Shown here piece by piece: positions 52,272 through 64,000 of a stretch of 64,000 bases of DNA. The DNA is from Mobula hypostoma (Eukaryota). A model generated the notes under the pieces. The model was not told the origin of the DNA and did no database searches. It saw nothing but the letters and a program-made list of their open reading frames with translations. Location of the stretch: NCBI RefSeq assembly GCF_963921235.1, contig NC_086097.1:84260001-84324000 (forward strand), in the 5' to 3' direction. The position numbers were made by a program, and so were the translations under genes. Positions within the stretch are counted from its first letter, which is position 1. The number at the start of each line of letters is the position of its first letter.

Positions 52272-54350
52272 TTATAAGACCATAAAATATAGGAGCAGAA
52301 TTAGGCCATTTGGCCCATTGAGTCTGCTCTGCCATCATGACTGATCGATTTTTCCTTTCAACCCCAGTCTCCTGTGTTCTACCCGTATCTGTTCATGCCC
52401 TGATTAATCAAGAATCTATCAACCTCTGCCTTAAGTATACCTACTGACCTGGCCTCCAAAAGCTGCCTGTGGCAAAGAATTAGACAATAGACAATAGACA
52501 ATAGGTGCAGAAGTAAACCATTCGGCCCTTCGAGCCTGCACCGCCATTCTGAGATCATGGCTGATCATCTACTATCAATACCCGGTTCCTGCCTTGTCCC
52601 CATAACCCTTGATTCTCCTATCTATTAGATACCTATCTAGTTCTTTCTTGAAAGCATCCAGAGAATTGGCCTCCACTGCCTTCTGAGGCAGCGTGTTCCA
52701 CACCTCCACAACTCTCTGGGAGAAGAAGTTCCTCCTCAACTCTGTCCTAAATGACCTACCCTTATTCTTAAAACATGCCGTCTGGTACTGGACTCTCCCA
52801 GCATCTGGAACATATTTCCTGCCTCTATCTTGTCCAATTCCTTAATAATCTTATATGTCTCAATCAGACCCCCCCCAATCTCCTTAATTCCAGCGTGTAC
52901 AAGCCCAGTCTCTCTAACCTCTCTGCGTAAGACAGTCCGGACATCCCAGGAATTAACCTAGTGAACCTACGCTACACCTCCTCCACAGCCAGGTTGTCCT
53001 TCCTTAACCCTGGAGACCAAAACTGCACACAATACTCCAGGTGTGGCCTCACCAGGGCCCTGTACAAATGCAAAAGGATTTCCTTGCTCTTGTACTCAAT
53101 TCCCTTTGTAATAAAGGCCAACATTCCATTAGCCTTCTTCACTGCCTGCTGCACTTGCTCATTCACCTTCAGAGACTGATGAACAAGTATTCCTAGATCT
53201 CTTTGTATTTCTCCCTTACCTAACTCCACACCATTCAGATAATAATCTGCCTTCCTGTTCTTGCTCCCAAAGTGAATAACCTCACACTTATTCACATTAA
53301 ACGCCATCTGCCACGTTTCTGCCCACTCACCCAGCCTATCCAAGTCACCTTGAATTCTCCTAACATCCTCATCACATGTCACATTGCCACCCAGCGTAGT
53401 ATCATCAGCAAACTTGCTGATGTTATTCACAATGCCTTCCTCTAAATCATTGACGTAAATCGTAAACTTCTGTGGTCCCAATACCGAGCCCTGTGGCACC
53501 CCACTAGTCACCACCTGCCATTCCGAGAAACACCCATTCACTGCTACCCTTTGCTTTCTATTTGCCAACCAGTTTTCTATCCATGTCAATATCCTCCCCC
53601 CAATGCCATGAGCTCTGATTTTACCCACCAATCTCCTACGTGGTACTTATCAAATGCCTTCTGAAAGTCAAGGTACACCACATCCACTGGACCTCCCGCG
53701 TCTATCTTCCTGGTTACATCCTCGAAAAACTCCAATAGATTAGTCAAGCATGTTTTGCCCTTGGTAAATCCATGCTGGCTCGGCCCAATCTTAGCACTGC
53801 TATCAAGATATGCCGCTATTTCATCTTTAATAATGGACTCTAGCATCTTCTCCACTACTGATGTTAGGCTAACAGGGCGATAGTTCTCTGTTTTCTCCCT
53901 CCTTCCTTTCTTAAAAAGTGGGATAACATTAGCCATTCGCCATAGATTGCATAGATTCCATAGATTCACCACAGCATAGCTAAAGGAATTCTTCTTCATC
54001 TTTGTTCTAAGAGGAACCCCTCCATTCTGAGGCTGTGCCCCCTGGTCTTAGACTCCCCCACTATAGGAAACATCCTCTCCACATCCGCTCTCTCTCGAGG
54101 CCTTTCAACATTCAATGTTTCAATGAGGTCACCCCTCATTCTTCTGAATTCCAGTGAGCAGAGTCCCAGAGCCATTAAACACTCCTCATATGACAAGCCT
54201 TTCAATCCCAGAATCATTTTTGTGAACCTCCTTTGAACCCTCTCCAATGTCAGCACAAAATTCTTCGAAAAGGGGCCCAAAACTGCTCACAATACTCCAA
54301 GTGAGGCCTCATCAGTGCTGTACAAAGCCTCAGCATTACATCCTTGTTTT
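52272..54350 (-). mobile_element. CR1 3' fragment (52272-52481 and 53958-54350) with a younger CR1 (52482-53940) inserted
   Basis: Inner ORFs 52972..53631 and 53586..53999 contain [32 protein letters not shown] and SKFADDT, with an (AGACAAT)n tail. The outer halves join colinearly when compared with the 48223-48880 copy. Confidence 0.92.
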
Positions 54351-54929
54351 GATGGAATGGAAGACATATGCAAACTGATGTAAAACCTCCAAAGTGAAAA
54401 ACCTCTATGGTTCTAAAGCTGTGATGGAGTTGTTTTGTGGGAAGAGTCCACAGTGGTAGAGTAATGTGGTAGAAGTCGGCACTGTTGTAGAAAAATCATC
54501 TGCCAAGTTTCAGTTCATAGTTTTTCTGAATTTAATGAGTTTTTAGAACACTGTGTTGACAATCAGATTGTTGATCTTGCCCACATTGCACTTTCCTAAT
54601 ACAATGCAATATAGGCCTTTTACACAGTCACTTAACTGTCATGGTGTTAGAAGCATACAGTGACATAAATTTACTTAAGACTGAGCAATTCAGATTTGAT
54701 TCCCAATTTCTAATTATGCTGCTGACCTGTGCCAAGGCAGTGATGGTAAAACGGCGACAGGCCTTGAAATCACTGGAATTGGGAAAATTCACCTGAATGT
54801 TTTCTGCACTGGATTGGTTTTCAGAGATATCAGTGGAAATATGTGTCTGCCTGTCTCTATGCGTGCATGTGGGTGGATGAGGGGTGTGTATGCCTCTATG
54901 TCTACAGTATATGTGGCACACAGTGTGTA

Positions 54930-54931
<2 letters not shown>

Positions 54932-54976
<45 letters not shown>
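54932..54976. repeat. (TG)n microsatellite
   Basis: Directly visible. Confidence 0.97.
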
Positions 54977-54977
<1 letters not shown>

Positions 54978-57471
54978 TTTCTGTCAAGGTTTGCATCTGT
55001 GCGTGAACGTGCCCTGTGGTTGGTGAGCCTGCTGACGCTGACCAGTTACTGCAGAACAGAGTTTAACCGGAGCCACTGCCTTCACTGGTGGAAAAGAGAG
55101 AGCTGCTAGAGAGAAAAGAAAAGTTCTTGTTTTTGAAATTGAGCACTACTTTGACCCTGAGCTAGTGCTGGATGCCTGACCGTCCACCCACAACACAGGG
55201 ACGCAGAGGGCTGTGGAGGAGTAGCTTTGTTTCCCAGACACAGCTTCTGTTTGATCTCCCAATAAGTGTTTTTGTTTCAAATTCCCCTTGAATAATTTAC
55301 TTTCTCTGTGCATGGGAAAGTTATGCAGTCATCTGGGACGGCACAGCTCCCAGCTCGGCCAGGATGACTGTTGTCAGGCACCTGGGCACGGAATTAAACA
55401 CTGCTCTTCACTACAGAATTATGACTACGATTAATGAAGCTCCACGCATTATCAAAGTGTTACACGCACAGGCCCCAGATGAGTGGAAGAGTTCTATGAG
55501 TCAGTGAACAAGGACATACACTTTTGGGATTGCTTTTGACAAGTGGATAACAACAGCCACAACTTGTGCATTCTGAAACATATCTCACAGATGACTTTAC
55601 AATGTGCCCACTATATAGAATTTGTTTTTAAATGGCCCTTTTCCAACCCCCCTTTTGAAACGCCCATCTGTTTAGGTCCTGAGCTGGAGCCAGTATTGTA
55701 GAGTATTTTGACTAATCCAACTTGTGGTTTGAATCCTTTTCATGTCTCTGGGTAGATCTTGGCTGGATGAAACACTGAAGTTGCTCAGGGTTACAGAAAG
55801 GGACAACATTTTCTTGCAGAAAATAAAGCCCTTATTTGCCCAGTGCAGACACACTCTTACCCACTTGAGGAGATTGTTGAAGTTAACTAGAGTGATTTTG
55901 GTGAACGACATCGTGGGGTAGAACGAGTGACCAATGCAACCATTGTAGCTCGCTTGTCTCATCACGTAGCTGACATGGGAGAGAAATGTGGACTGCCAAA
56001 CATACACTCCTTTACTACACAGATTGAGACATCAACATGTACACAATTACAGTTCAGGGACTCGGAGTTCAGAGTTCAATTCCAACATCATCTGTGGAAT
56101 ACCTGGATTTAATCCGGGTATTGCGGTTTCCTCCCACAGTCCAAAGACATATCGGTGGGTTAATTGGTTATTGTAAATTGTCATGATTAGACAAGGGTTA
56201 AATCAGGAGGTTGCTGGGTGGTGTGGTTCGAAGGCCGAAAGGGCCTGATTCACTCTGTATCAATAAATAAATATACCATTTTATTTGCATTAAAGATTCA
56301 AAGTACATTTATTAACAAAGTATTACCTTGGAGAAACTCCCTCAGTCTGTGATTTGAATTTGAGACCCTTGCTCAGCGCGGGGCACCCACCTCTCAAAGG
56401 GGCAGTGTGCTGTACTTCTGAAGTTTGGTTCTTTTAAACAACACAGTTATATTTCGGAAGCAAGGCACAGCCCGTTCGATATGGTACATTAGTGTGAAGG
56501 TACATTTTAACCCCACTGATCTTTTGATGATTTGTTTTGCCTCTAATAGAAAAGCAGGAGATCTTTGAAGTACTAGTAGGTGGTTGTATTTTCTGATGCG
56601 CTTTTTAAAAAACCTTCCAGAAATATTGTGTGGCACAATGTTTGTGTGTGCCAGGTGATGGAATCTTATTGAATACCCAACTCTAAAATCTGATAGGGGA
56701 CTTAGTTCATTAACAGTGCACAGACTACACCTGGGTCCTCTGGGTACAGAACATGACAAGCATATCAAGTGTACAGAGTGAAACCTAATGCCATGGAATG
56801 CTTGTTTTGACCTCACTTGTGTGCAGCCGTGTGAGGTTGATGGCAATGGCTTTACACACTGGCGTATTGAAGCATTGCGGCCTGCTTCAGGGTTACTTAA
56901 GAGGAGCCTGACCTTGTATGGAAGGTGGGTCTGAGATACCCATCTCCTTTAAATTGTAAACACATGTAATTCTGCAGATGCTGGAAATCCAGGGGAACAA
57001 ATACAAAATGCTGGAGGAACTCGACCTTTAAATTGTTTTTTTTCTCTCAGTGATCGCCCCATTCATCTCACCTCTGTGTCTGTTCTCATGACTTAGAGGC
57101 CTTGCACAAAACCGGTCAGTTCCCGCTCCCTGCAAATGGCACTGCTTTAATGTGCCTTTTCATCTGCACAGCAGATTCTAGGCCTCAGATGCTCTCAGGT
57201 TTGTCATTTACTTTATCAGGACACCAATTGGCTTCAACACCCTGTTGGCAAATGTCAATGACATGCTTGTGCACAATGAGACTTAATTGGCCGGGAAACT
57301 GTATCACTTACTGATCGAACAGACCACATATTCAGCCTTGTTCAAGTATGCTTGAAGTATGCTTGAAAGTTGAACCAGATTACATTTTAAGTTTCTGATA
57401 GCAAATAATTTAAAAATGAATTTTCAGCACAGCAGTTCATGTGCAAATGTCTTGATTTTGCTCTCTTTCAG

Positions 57472-57552
57472 AGATCACAGCACCAACCCTTTGGATAAAG
57501 CAACTAGTTAGTAAAGACTCCAAGCATAATGGCTCCAGTATGAGGATTCAAG
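57472..57552 (+). CDS. SMOC1: SMOC1 coding exon 7, 81 bp, phase 1 to 1
   Basis: ttttgctctctttcag acceptor and AAG|gtaagt donor. Translates (E)ITAPTLWIKQLVSKDSKHNGSSMRIQ, versus human EITAPTLWIKHLVIKDSKLNNTNIRNS. An N-glycosylation sequon (NGS) is present in the same region. Confidence 0.95.
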
Positions 57553-60500
57553 GTAAGTGAAGCATGCGAAAAAATATATGGCAACATTTCTAAGTTACCT
57601 AGTAAGGCATCGCTGATGGATAGTGAAAGAAAAAAGCTTATTTCTGAGAAGAACATACTTCATATTTTAAAAGCAAAATACTGGAGAGACTGAAAATCTC
57701 AACTATGAAATGCTGGTGATACTCAGCCAGTGAGGCAATGTCTGTCAAGAGAGAGAGCAAAGTCAGTGCTTGCAGGTCAGTGACCCCTCCAGAGAAGCCT
57801 CTTGATCTGGAGAGTGTCCCCAGCATTTTCTGTCATTAACAAACTTGGATTTGGAAGTGGTTGGAGATTGCTAAACCCATACTGAGGGTTACCTCACTGC
57901 TATAGGTCTTGCGGTGGGGGTGGGGGCAGTTACACATTGTGACGCTCCTTCTGCTCTGTAGTGGGGTTAGCTGTTTGAGACTGTCAGCTGGGACTGATCC
58001 AATAGCACCGAGGCCTCAGGGTTCCCAACCTGGACCCCTCGATTCATGGTAGGGGTCCATGGCATAAAAAAGGCTGGGAATTCCTGATCTACAAATGATC
58101 ACCACTTGACAATGTGTGAACTTGCTGCAAGATGAACTCTTTATTGTTAGGAGTGCTGTTAAAACGAACTGCCATGTTTGTTTCTTCCATCCAGATCAGT
58201 GTTTTCTCTTGAATACATAAGTGACTCTGCAGAATGGCTTGACTGTGCTGGCTTCATTGCCGAAATTGCTGACATAATAGGGCCTCTTTAGAATGTTTGG
58301 ATGAGATGAAGGGAAGAGGCTTTTTTCATTTATCAGTAGGGCCTGTTTCTGTGAATTATTTGATATTCTGGTGACTCTTGTGCCTAGATGTTTGCACTTG
58401 TGACCTGGATCGATGAGGTTGAATCATACTAGTTTCCAGATGATTGGGAAGTAGGCCAATTCGGCCCATCAAGTCTATACTGGCTCACGGAGCAATCTTG
58501 TCTCCCACCCCTCCCCCTAATTTTCCCTTTAGTCTTTTCTCCACAAACCAACTTTGCACTCACTTCACCTACAGCCTAGGGACAATTTAGAGCAGCCAAC
58601 CAATTAATCTACTAGACCAACGTCTTTTTGGGATGCGAGAGGAAATGGACACCACCTGAAGTCAGCACTGAATCTGGGTCTCTGGCACTGCGAGGGAGCA
58701 GCTGTGCCAGCTGCACCAGTGTGAGGTTCAAATAAAATAAATTAAGTAAGTCTGGAAGTTTCAGACTACTGGATTGTTCTCTTAAAACCCGTCTAATTAG
58801 CCCAGTCAGGCTTGTATTTACCTACTTTCTCACGACACAGAAGATGATTATTTAACCTATTAACTCTATTCTCAGAGTGACTCCATCAAGTCCAGTCCTC
58901 AGGTTGCTCAGGAGCAAAATCAGAAAGCACTTTTTTTTTCCCCCACACAAAGGATGGCAAACATATGGAGCTGTCCCAAACAATGTTTGGACATTGGTGC
59001 AAGAGTGGGGCCAGTAGATTTTTTGTAGGTTAGCTTCAGGTGACACAGGGATATGGAACAATGTGTGTGAAAGGAGCTGGGGCATTTGCTAATGGAATGA
59101 TGGGATGGTGCTAGAACACGTAATGGCCCTCTTCCATCAGAATGTGCCTTACCCTCTTTTAATTTTGAGCTGATTATTGTCTTTCTAGTGCAATCCCACC
59201 ACTGAATATTGGCAAAAGACATAGTTTATAGGTGGAGAATCTTCGTGTTTTACCATTTTTAGGATAATCTTTAAACCAGGACCAAAATTCCACTGTAACA
59301 ACATTGATTTCTCTAACTCCTGTTAACCACTCCCTCTTTCTGCTCTCCCCCCTTCCCCTTTCTCCTTTTTGTTTACCCCATTCTGATGGCTCTCTTACCC
59401 CTTCTTTTCTCCTTCCTCATCTTCGTGACCTGCCATTCACCACCACCTCCCCCCACCCAGGTTCCCCGCCTCCCTTTTGCTCCACAGTCCACTCCTATTA
59501 GATTCCTTCTTCCTAAGCCCTCTGCCTCTTCCTCCAATCATCTCTCAGCTTCACCCACTCCCCCACCCACCCACATTTCTCCCCTCACCTGTTATCACCC
59601 GCCAGCTTATACTCCTCCCAATGCTCCCCCCCTCCACTTTCTTATCCTGGCTGCCCTCTTCCTTTCCAGTCCTGATAAAGGATCTCAGCCCAGAACATCG
59701 ACTGTCTATTCCCCTCCATAGATGCATGCCCTGCTGAGCTCCTGCAGCATTCTGTCCCATTGCAGCCGCTTGGGCAGACTCTAGGTGGTAAACATTGTGT
59801 GTGAGGTCATACTGCATTGTAACTGGCAAAGGCAGCTGGGCAGCTAACTTGAGTGTAGCTAGGACTCAGCCTGCAATGAGATAATGACTGTAAACCATAT
59901 TTCAATGATGCTGGTAGGATTCCGCAGCACTCCTCTGAAAAGAGCCAAGTGTCTGTTACGTCCACCTGAGAAGGCAAATGGGTACTTGCTTCACAGCCTC
60001 GTGCAGCAGTACAGGGTCTCCTGTGTACCACATTGCATCGTCGAACCACATCATGGAGCAGGGCTCGAGCCCATGAACTTCATACAGAGGTGCACCCGTG
60101 AGCCCGGCTAATGGAAATGCCTGAAAGTTGTAATGAATAGAATTGGGTGGCACCAGGCACTTTGACCTTCAGGGCTATCCTGATAATTCAGGAAGTCTGC
60201 TCGCTGATGGAAAGACGTGGTATGTGAAGAGAGCTTTATTGAAAAGTGCAGAAACCCTTCGAAGCCACTCTTCGGATATTAGCTGCAAAGTCTTCGGTAA
60301 GTACTTCATGAGTCTAATTCCTAAGTACACACCATCTGCGTGAGTTTGGTGTGGTTTGGAGCAGCTAGTGGTCTGGTGTTGAGGAATAGACTACATTTTT
60401 TTTAGCTGTGCTAAAATTATATACCATTTCATCAATGGCTTTGACATCACACTGCAACCTGGTAAGGGTATTGTCCATTCATTGCTATCTTTGGAGAGAT

Positions 60501-62254
60501 GGCTGTTCACTGATGCATTTCATGACTGGAATGTGTTCTCAATGCAATCATATTTCACCGAAGTTCCCAACTTACCCTTAACTTACTCTTAATTTTTATT
60601 CCCTGTTTGTAATGGAATTTTCATTGATGCCAGTTATTCAAACCTATCCATAGCCAGTGTAGCGTGGAAGCATTGGGTCCACCATGGGCAGCAGTCGGTG
60701 TATCATTACTGTGGACACAGCCTGTTCTCGCTGGTGTCCAGAAACCCCTGCACAGCTCACCTCTTTACAACCTTGGAACTGCCCAGATGCAGATTCTTGG
60801 CTGTGGCATTATCTGATTAAAATCACTCATGCCAAATGCGAATCTGAATAGAAAGGCACTGCAATATTTACAGCATCATTGCTTGGTGCATGGTAAGGAT
60901 TACAGTGTGTCCTTGTGACCTCTGGACAAAGCAGTCAATTTAATGCCAATTTATGGCTTGCTTTGTGCTGAACTTCAACCCAACTGGGAACTTGGTTCTC
61001 TTCATGCAGACCCCTGGCCAATAAGAAAATAGAGGGAAGGTTTCCTTTCCTTTCATTTTTTTCTGGGCTGGATCTGTTCCAAGGTCTTGGAGGTGAAATG
61101 GTTGTCTGCTAATCCATTGTAACAACTAGCCTAGTGGATCTTTGGCAGAATGGAAGCTTATCCTTGCTCATTTGGAGAGCAGAAGTGGTTTCACTGGCAT
61201 TGGGGGAAAAATTCCATGCGACTTACATCATTAAAAATTATTCAAGACACCTTTGTTCCAAAATCAGCAGTAGACTTGTCCTTGGATAGCTCAGCTAATT
61301 ACCAATATGTGTTTACAAGGTTGGAATCTTGTAGTGTTACGTTTACACGAGAGTGGTGAAAATACCTCAAACGCACAGGGCTGCAAGTCTGAGCAGTACA
61401 GAATTACATTGCTCCCACAAGAATAAGCTTCTTTCCAAACACAATTTTTCAGTTTTGCTCAAGAAAGGCCTCCCTTTTGTGCCATGTCGGAGAATTAATG
61501 GAGTTTTAGGGAAATGGGGGAGGTTGCTCTGAGTACAGTCTGCAGCATTGGATAGCCGCAGCTGCTTCCTGCTTCTCTCTCAGGCTGTCATCATTCTCTC
61601 CCTCCACTAGTGCAAAGTTGATTTGGCTTCTGGATGCCCACATGTTTCTCTACCAGTGCTGTTCACCCCTAGATCCCACTATCATTCTGAAGCTGAAGAT
61701 GCATCTCAGTTTTGCCCTCATCTATCTCCAAATCTGTCTTTGGTTTTTATTTCTGATTTACAAGTCCCATCTTGTCTTAAAGCTCTCCTTCAGTCCTCGG
61801 CTCACCTCCCCTTATCTGGCCCAAGAGTTAGCCACCCTTGATAGCTAAATCTGGCTTCACCACCAGCCTTGTTGTTCTAACTGATGACTCATTATATTGA
61901 CCCCTTTTCACACTTACTTTCCCAAGACCTCATAATATTGGCACTGCTTCTGCAGATCATTCCAGCTCCTGAAAGTTATAAGTTTTTAATTCCTAGTCTT
62001 GGCGTTGTCAATAAAACTCAGCTCATTGTCCTAGAAACCCATGGGTATGAGAGACGTGTCCAGTCCATGGGATTTAGCCTTCACACCGGATATTGTTCTG
62101 AACAATCTCCATCCAGACATCTGCTCAGCATCAATGGAATCCTGTAATTTTCATGTAAACAACAGGAATTCTGCAGATGCTGGAAATTCAAGCAACACAC
62201 ATCAAAGTTGCTGGTGAACGCAGCAGGCCAGGCAGCATCTCTAGGAAGAGGTAC

Positions 62255-62290
62255 AGTCGACGTTTCAGGCCGAGACCCTTCATCAGAACT
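62255..62290 (-). ncRNA. Minimal type I hammerhead ribozyme motif (antisense)
   Basis: The reverse strand reads AGTT-CTGATGA-AGG(gtctcgg)CCT-GAAA-C-GTC|GACT. Cores are intact and there is one G-U pair in stem I. Confidence 0.75.
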
Positions 62291-62373
62291 AACTGAAGGA
62301 AGAGTGAGTAAGAGATTTGAGCTGGCCCTTCCCCCCCCCACTTTCAAATCTCTTACTAACTCTTCCTTCAGTT

Positions 62374-62409
62374 AGTCCTGACGAAGGGTCTTGGCCTGAA
62401 ACGTCGACT
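62374..62409 (+). ncRNA. Minimal type I hammerhead ribozyme motif (sense to SMOC1 pre-mRNA)
   Basis: AGTC-CTGACGA-AGG(gtcttgg)CCT-GAAA-C-GTC|GACT. Stem I is AGTC/GACT, the CUGANGA and GAAA cores are intact, stem III is the palindrome ACGT, and the GUC cleavage triplet is at 62403-62405. Confidence 0.8.
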
Positions 62410-64000
62410 GTACCTCTTCCTAGAGATGCTGCCTGGCCTGCTGCGTTCACCAGCAACTTTGATGAATTTTCATGTAGGACATTTTTCATGAGCATCCCGA
62501 TCTAGAGATCATAAACATGTTTTCCCTTTTACAAAGTTAACTTTATCTTTTAAAGGGTTGGCATATTATTTTAATGTGTTTGTAATTCAGGGCCACACAA
62601 AATACTTGTGACGAATTCCTGGTCGATGTGGTCTTTGATGGGCTCACAAAGAAATCAAGTGACTGTAACCATGAATTATCTTTATTTGAATTGATACACT
62701 CTGGATCTCAGGAGATCCCAACATACAATAATTCTATTTAAGAGCACAGCAAGTTCTCTTAATTTGCATAATTATTGGCCAAGGCTCACGCCCTTGGAAA
62801 TGGTGCTCCAGAATCTTCTATACCTGAAGGGGTAGTTAGGCCCTGATTTTAACTTCTCGTTGAGGAACAACCCTTTAGACTAAGCAACACAGACAGTCAT
62901 CAGTATCTTTGTGCTCAGGTTTGGAGACATGATCCATGACCATCTGTTTGAGGCAACGGTGCCACGAAGTGAGCCACCGTTATCATCACAGCAATTTTAC
63001 CTTTGTTGTAAATCTCATATAAAACCTGTTCATGTTCTGTTTAGTGAATGCAGTTAAAGTGTGTATGGGATGGATGGGGCGTGTGGTGGAGGGAGGGAGG
63101 AAGAAAACGTACGCAAATAAGAAGCCCAGCTTTGTGGGACTGCTAAGGCAGCATTAGGTTATACTGTCCAGTGATTTGTAAATGTTTCAGTGTGACAGAA
63201 GTGTGACAGGTTCTTTTAATATATTTGCTTAGCAATAATGTGCTACGGGATGGAAAACTTGAGCGATGATGCAATTACGTGACCCAGTTTAGATAGGTGA
63301 TGAAAAACCAGGCTGAAATTCACGCAATGGATCCTGGGACATAACTTAAAGAGCCAAATTTTGGAACCAACCAAACTGAAACTAATCCATGGCTATTAAA
63401 CCAGGTGAAAATATCATTAGACAAACCTAGCATTGTTATAGTAACCTGCCAGAAGTTTGCACTAGGAGGGGTGGTGGGCTTCAGACTTTCACAAGTGTAA
63501 ATTCCTTTCCCCTTGTTTCCATTTCTTTCTGCATCTTCAAAAGTTGCATTGGCATTTTAAGGGGGGATTTGCTTCTGTAGATGAGTAACTGCTGTTATTT
63601 CCAGCATCTGAAAGCTGGGGAAGACATGGGTTACTGTTTAAGAGTTCTGATTTTAAGATGTTTGCTTTGGGGCAGTGGTTTCCATCTTGATGTTTTGAAT
63701 GAATATTTTTTTCAAAAATATACTTCATTCATAAAACTTGCAAGTAAACAGTACAGTATTTTCATATGTCACATTCGCTGCACATGATATATTATTCACA
63801 TGTTATATCAGCAGAACGTCATTTTTTTCTTTCACATAAGGGATGGTGTGGGCCATTTTTACTCAGGGCCCTATTTAAGTGGGACCTATATTATAGCCAC
63901 TTTCTTATTATAGCCTTAATGATGGCTGTCCTGAATTTCAGCACGTCCCTGGCACTTGGTCGTGCAGCTGGAGCTGTGCCAGCCAGATGCCCTGACTGCT

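Larger units (their letters stand above)
62158..62464. mobile_element. Young fold-back PLE-derived insertion with perfect 12-bp TSD
   Basis: Arms 62200-62320 and 62344-62464 are near-perfect reverse complements. AATTTTCATGTA occurs at 62146-62157 and 62465-62476. Confidence 0.93.

Noticed and set aside
57345..57367. AAGTATGCTTG tandem duplication
   Set aside because: A simple slippage duplication with no further structure.
1..64000. CRISPR arrays, prokaryotic operons, rRNA or true tRNA genes
   Set aside because: This is eukaryotic intronic DNA with no regularly spaced repeats. The tRNA-like A/B boxes belong to SINE heads without a full cloverleaf.

Overview
Vertebrate genomic DNA, most likely a cartilaginous fish (ray or shark), inferred from the repeat complement: CR1/HER1-type LINEs, HE1-like SINEs and Penelope-like elements. 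The window lies inside one + strand gene, SMOC1 (SPARC-related modular calcium-binding protein 1). Six internal coding exons with canonical AG/GT boundaries and matching phases are visible (3839-4010, 9047-9162, 30133-30232, 32146-32193, 47906-47962, 57472-57552). They encode the Kazal/follistatin domain, thyroglobulin type-1 domain 1 and the SMOC-specific linker. Exon 1 and the later exons are outside the window. Most ORFs in the supplied track are transposon debris or noise. Highlights: (i) an alternative in-frame acceptor adding VSFQFFLTLNS, matching a mammalian Smoc1 isoform insert as I recall it; (ii) short fold-back Penelope-derived insertions with 12-13 bp target duplications, one carrying intact minimal hammerhead ribozyme cores on both strands; (iii) a duplicated exon-like, stop-containing cassette on either side of exon 5; (iv) unusual mariner and Tc1 MITE architectures and nested insertions. 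Repeat family names come from sequence recognition only; no database search was run.
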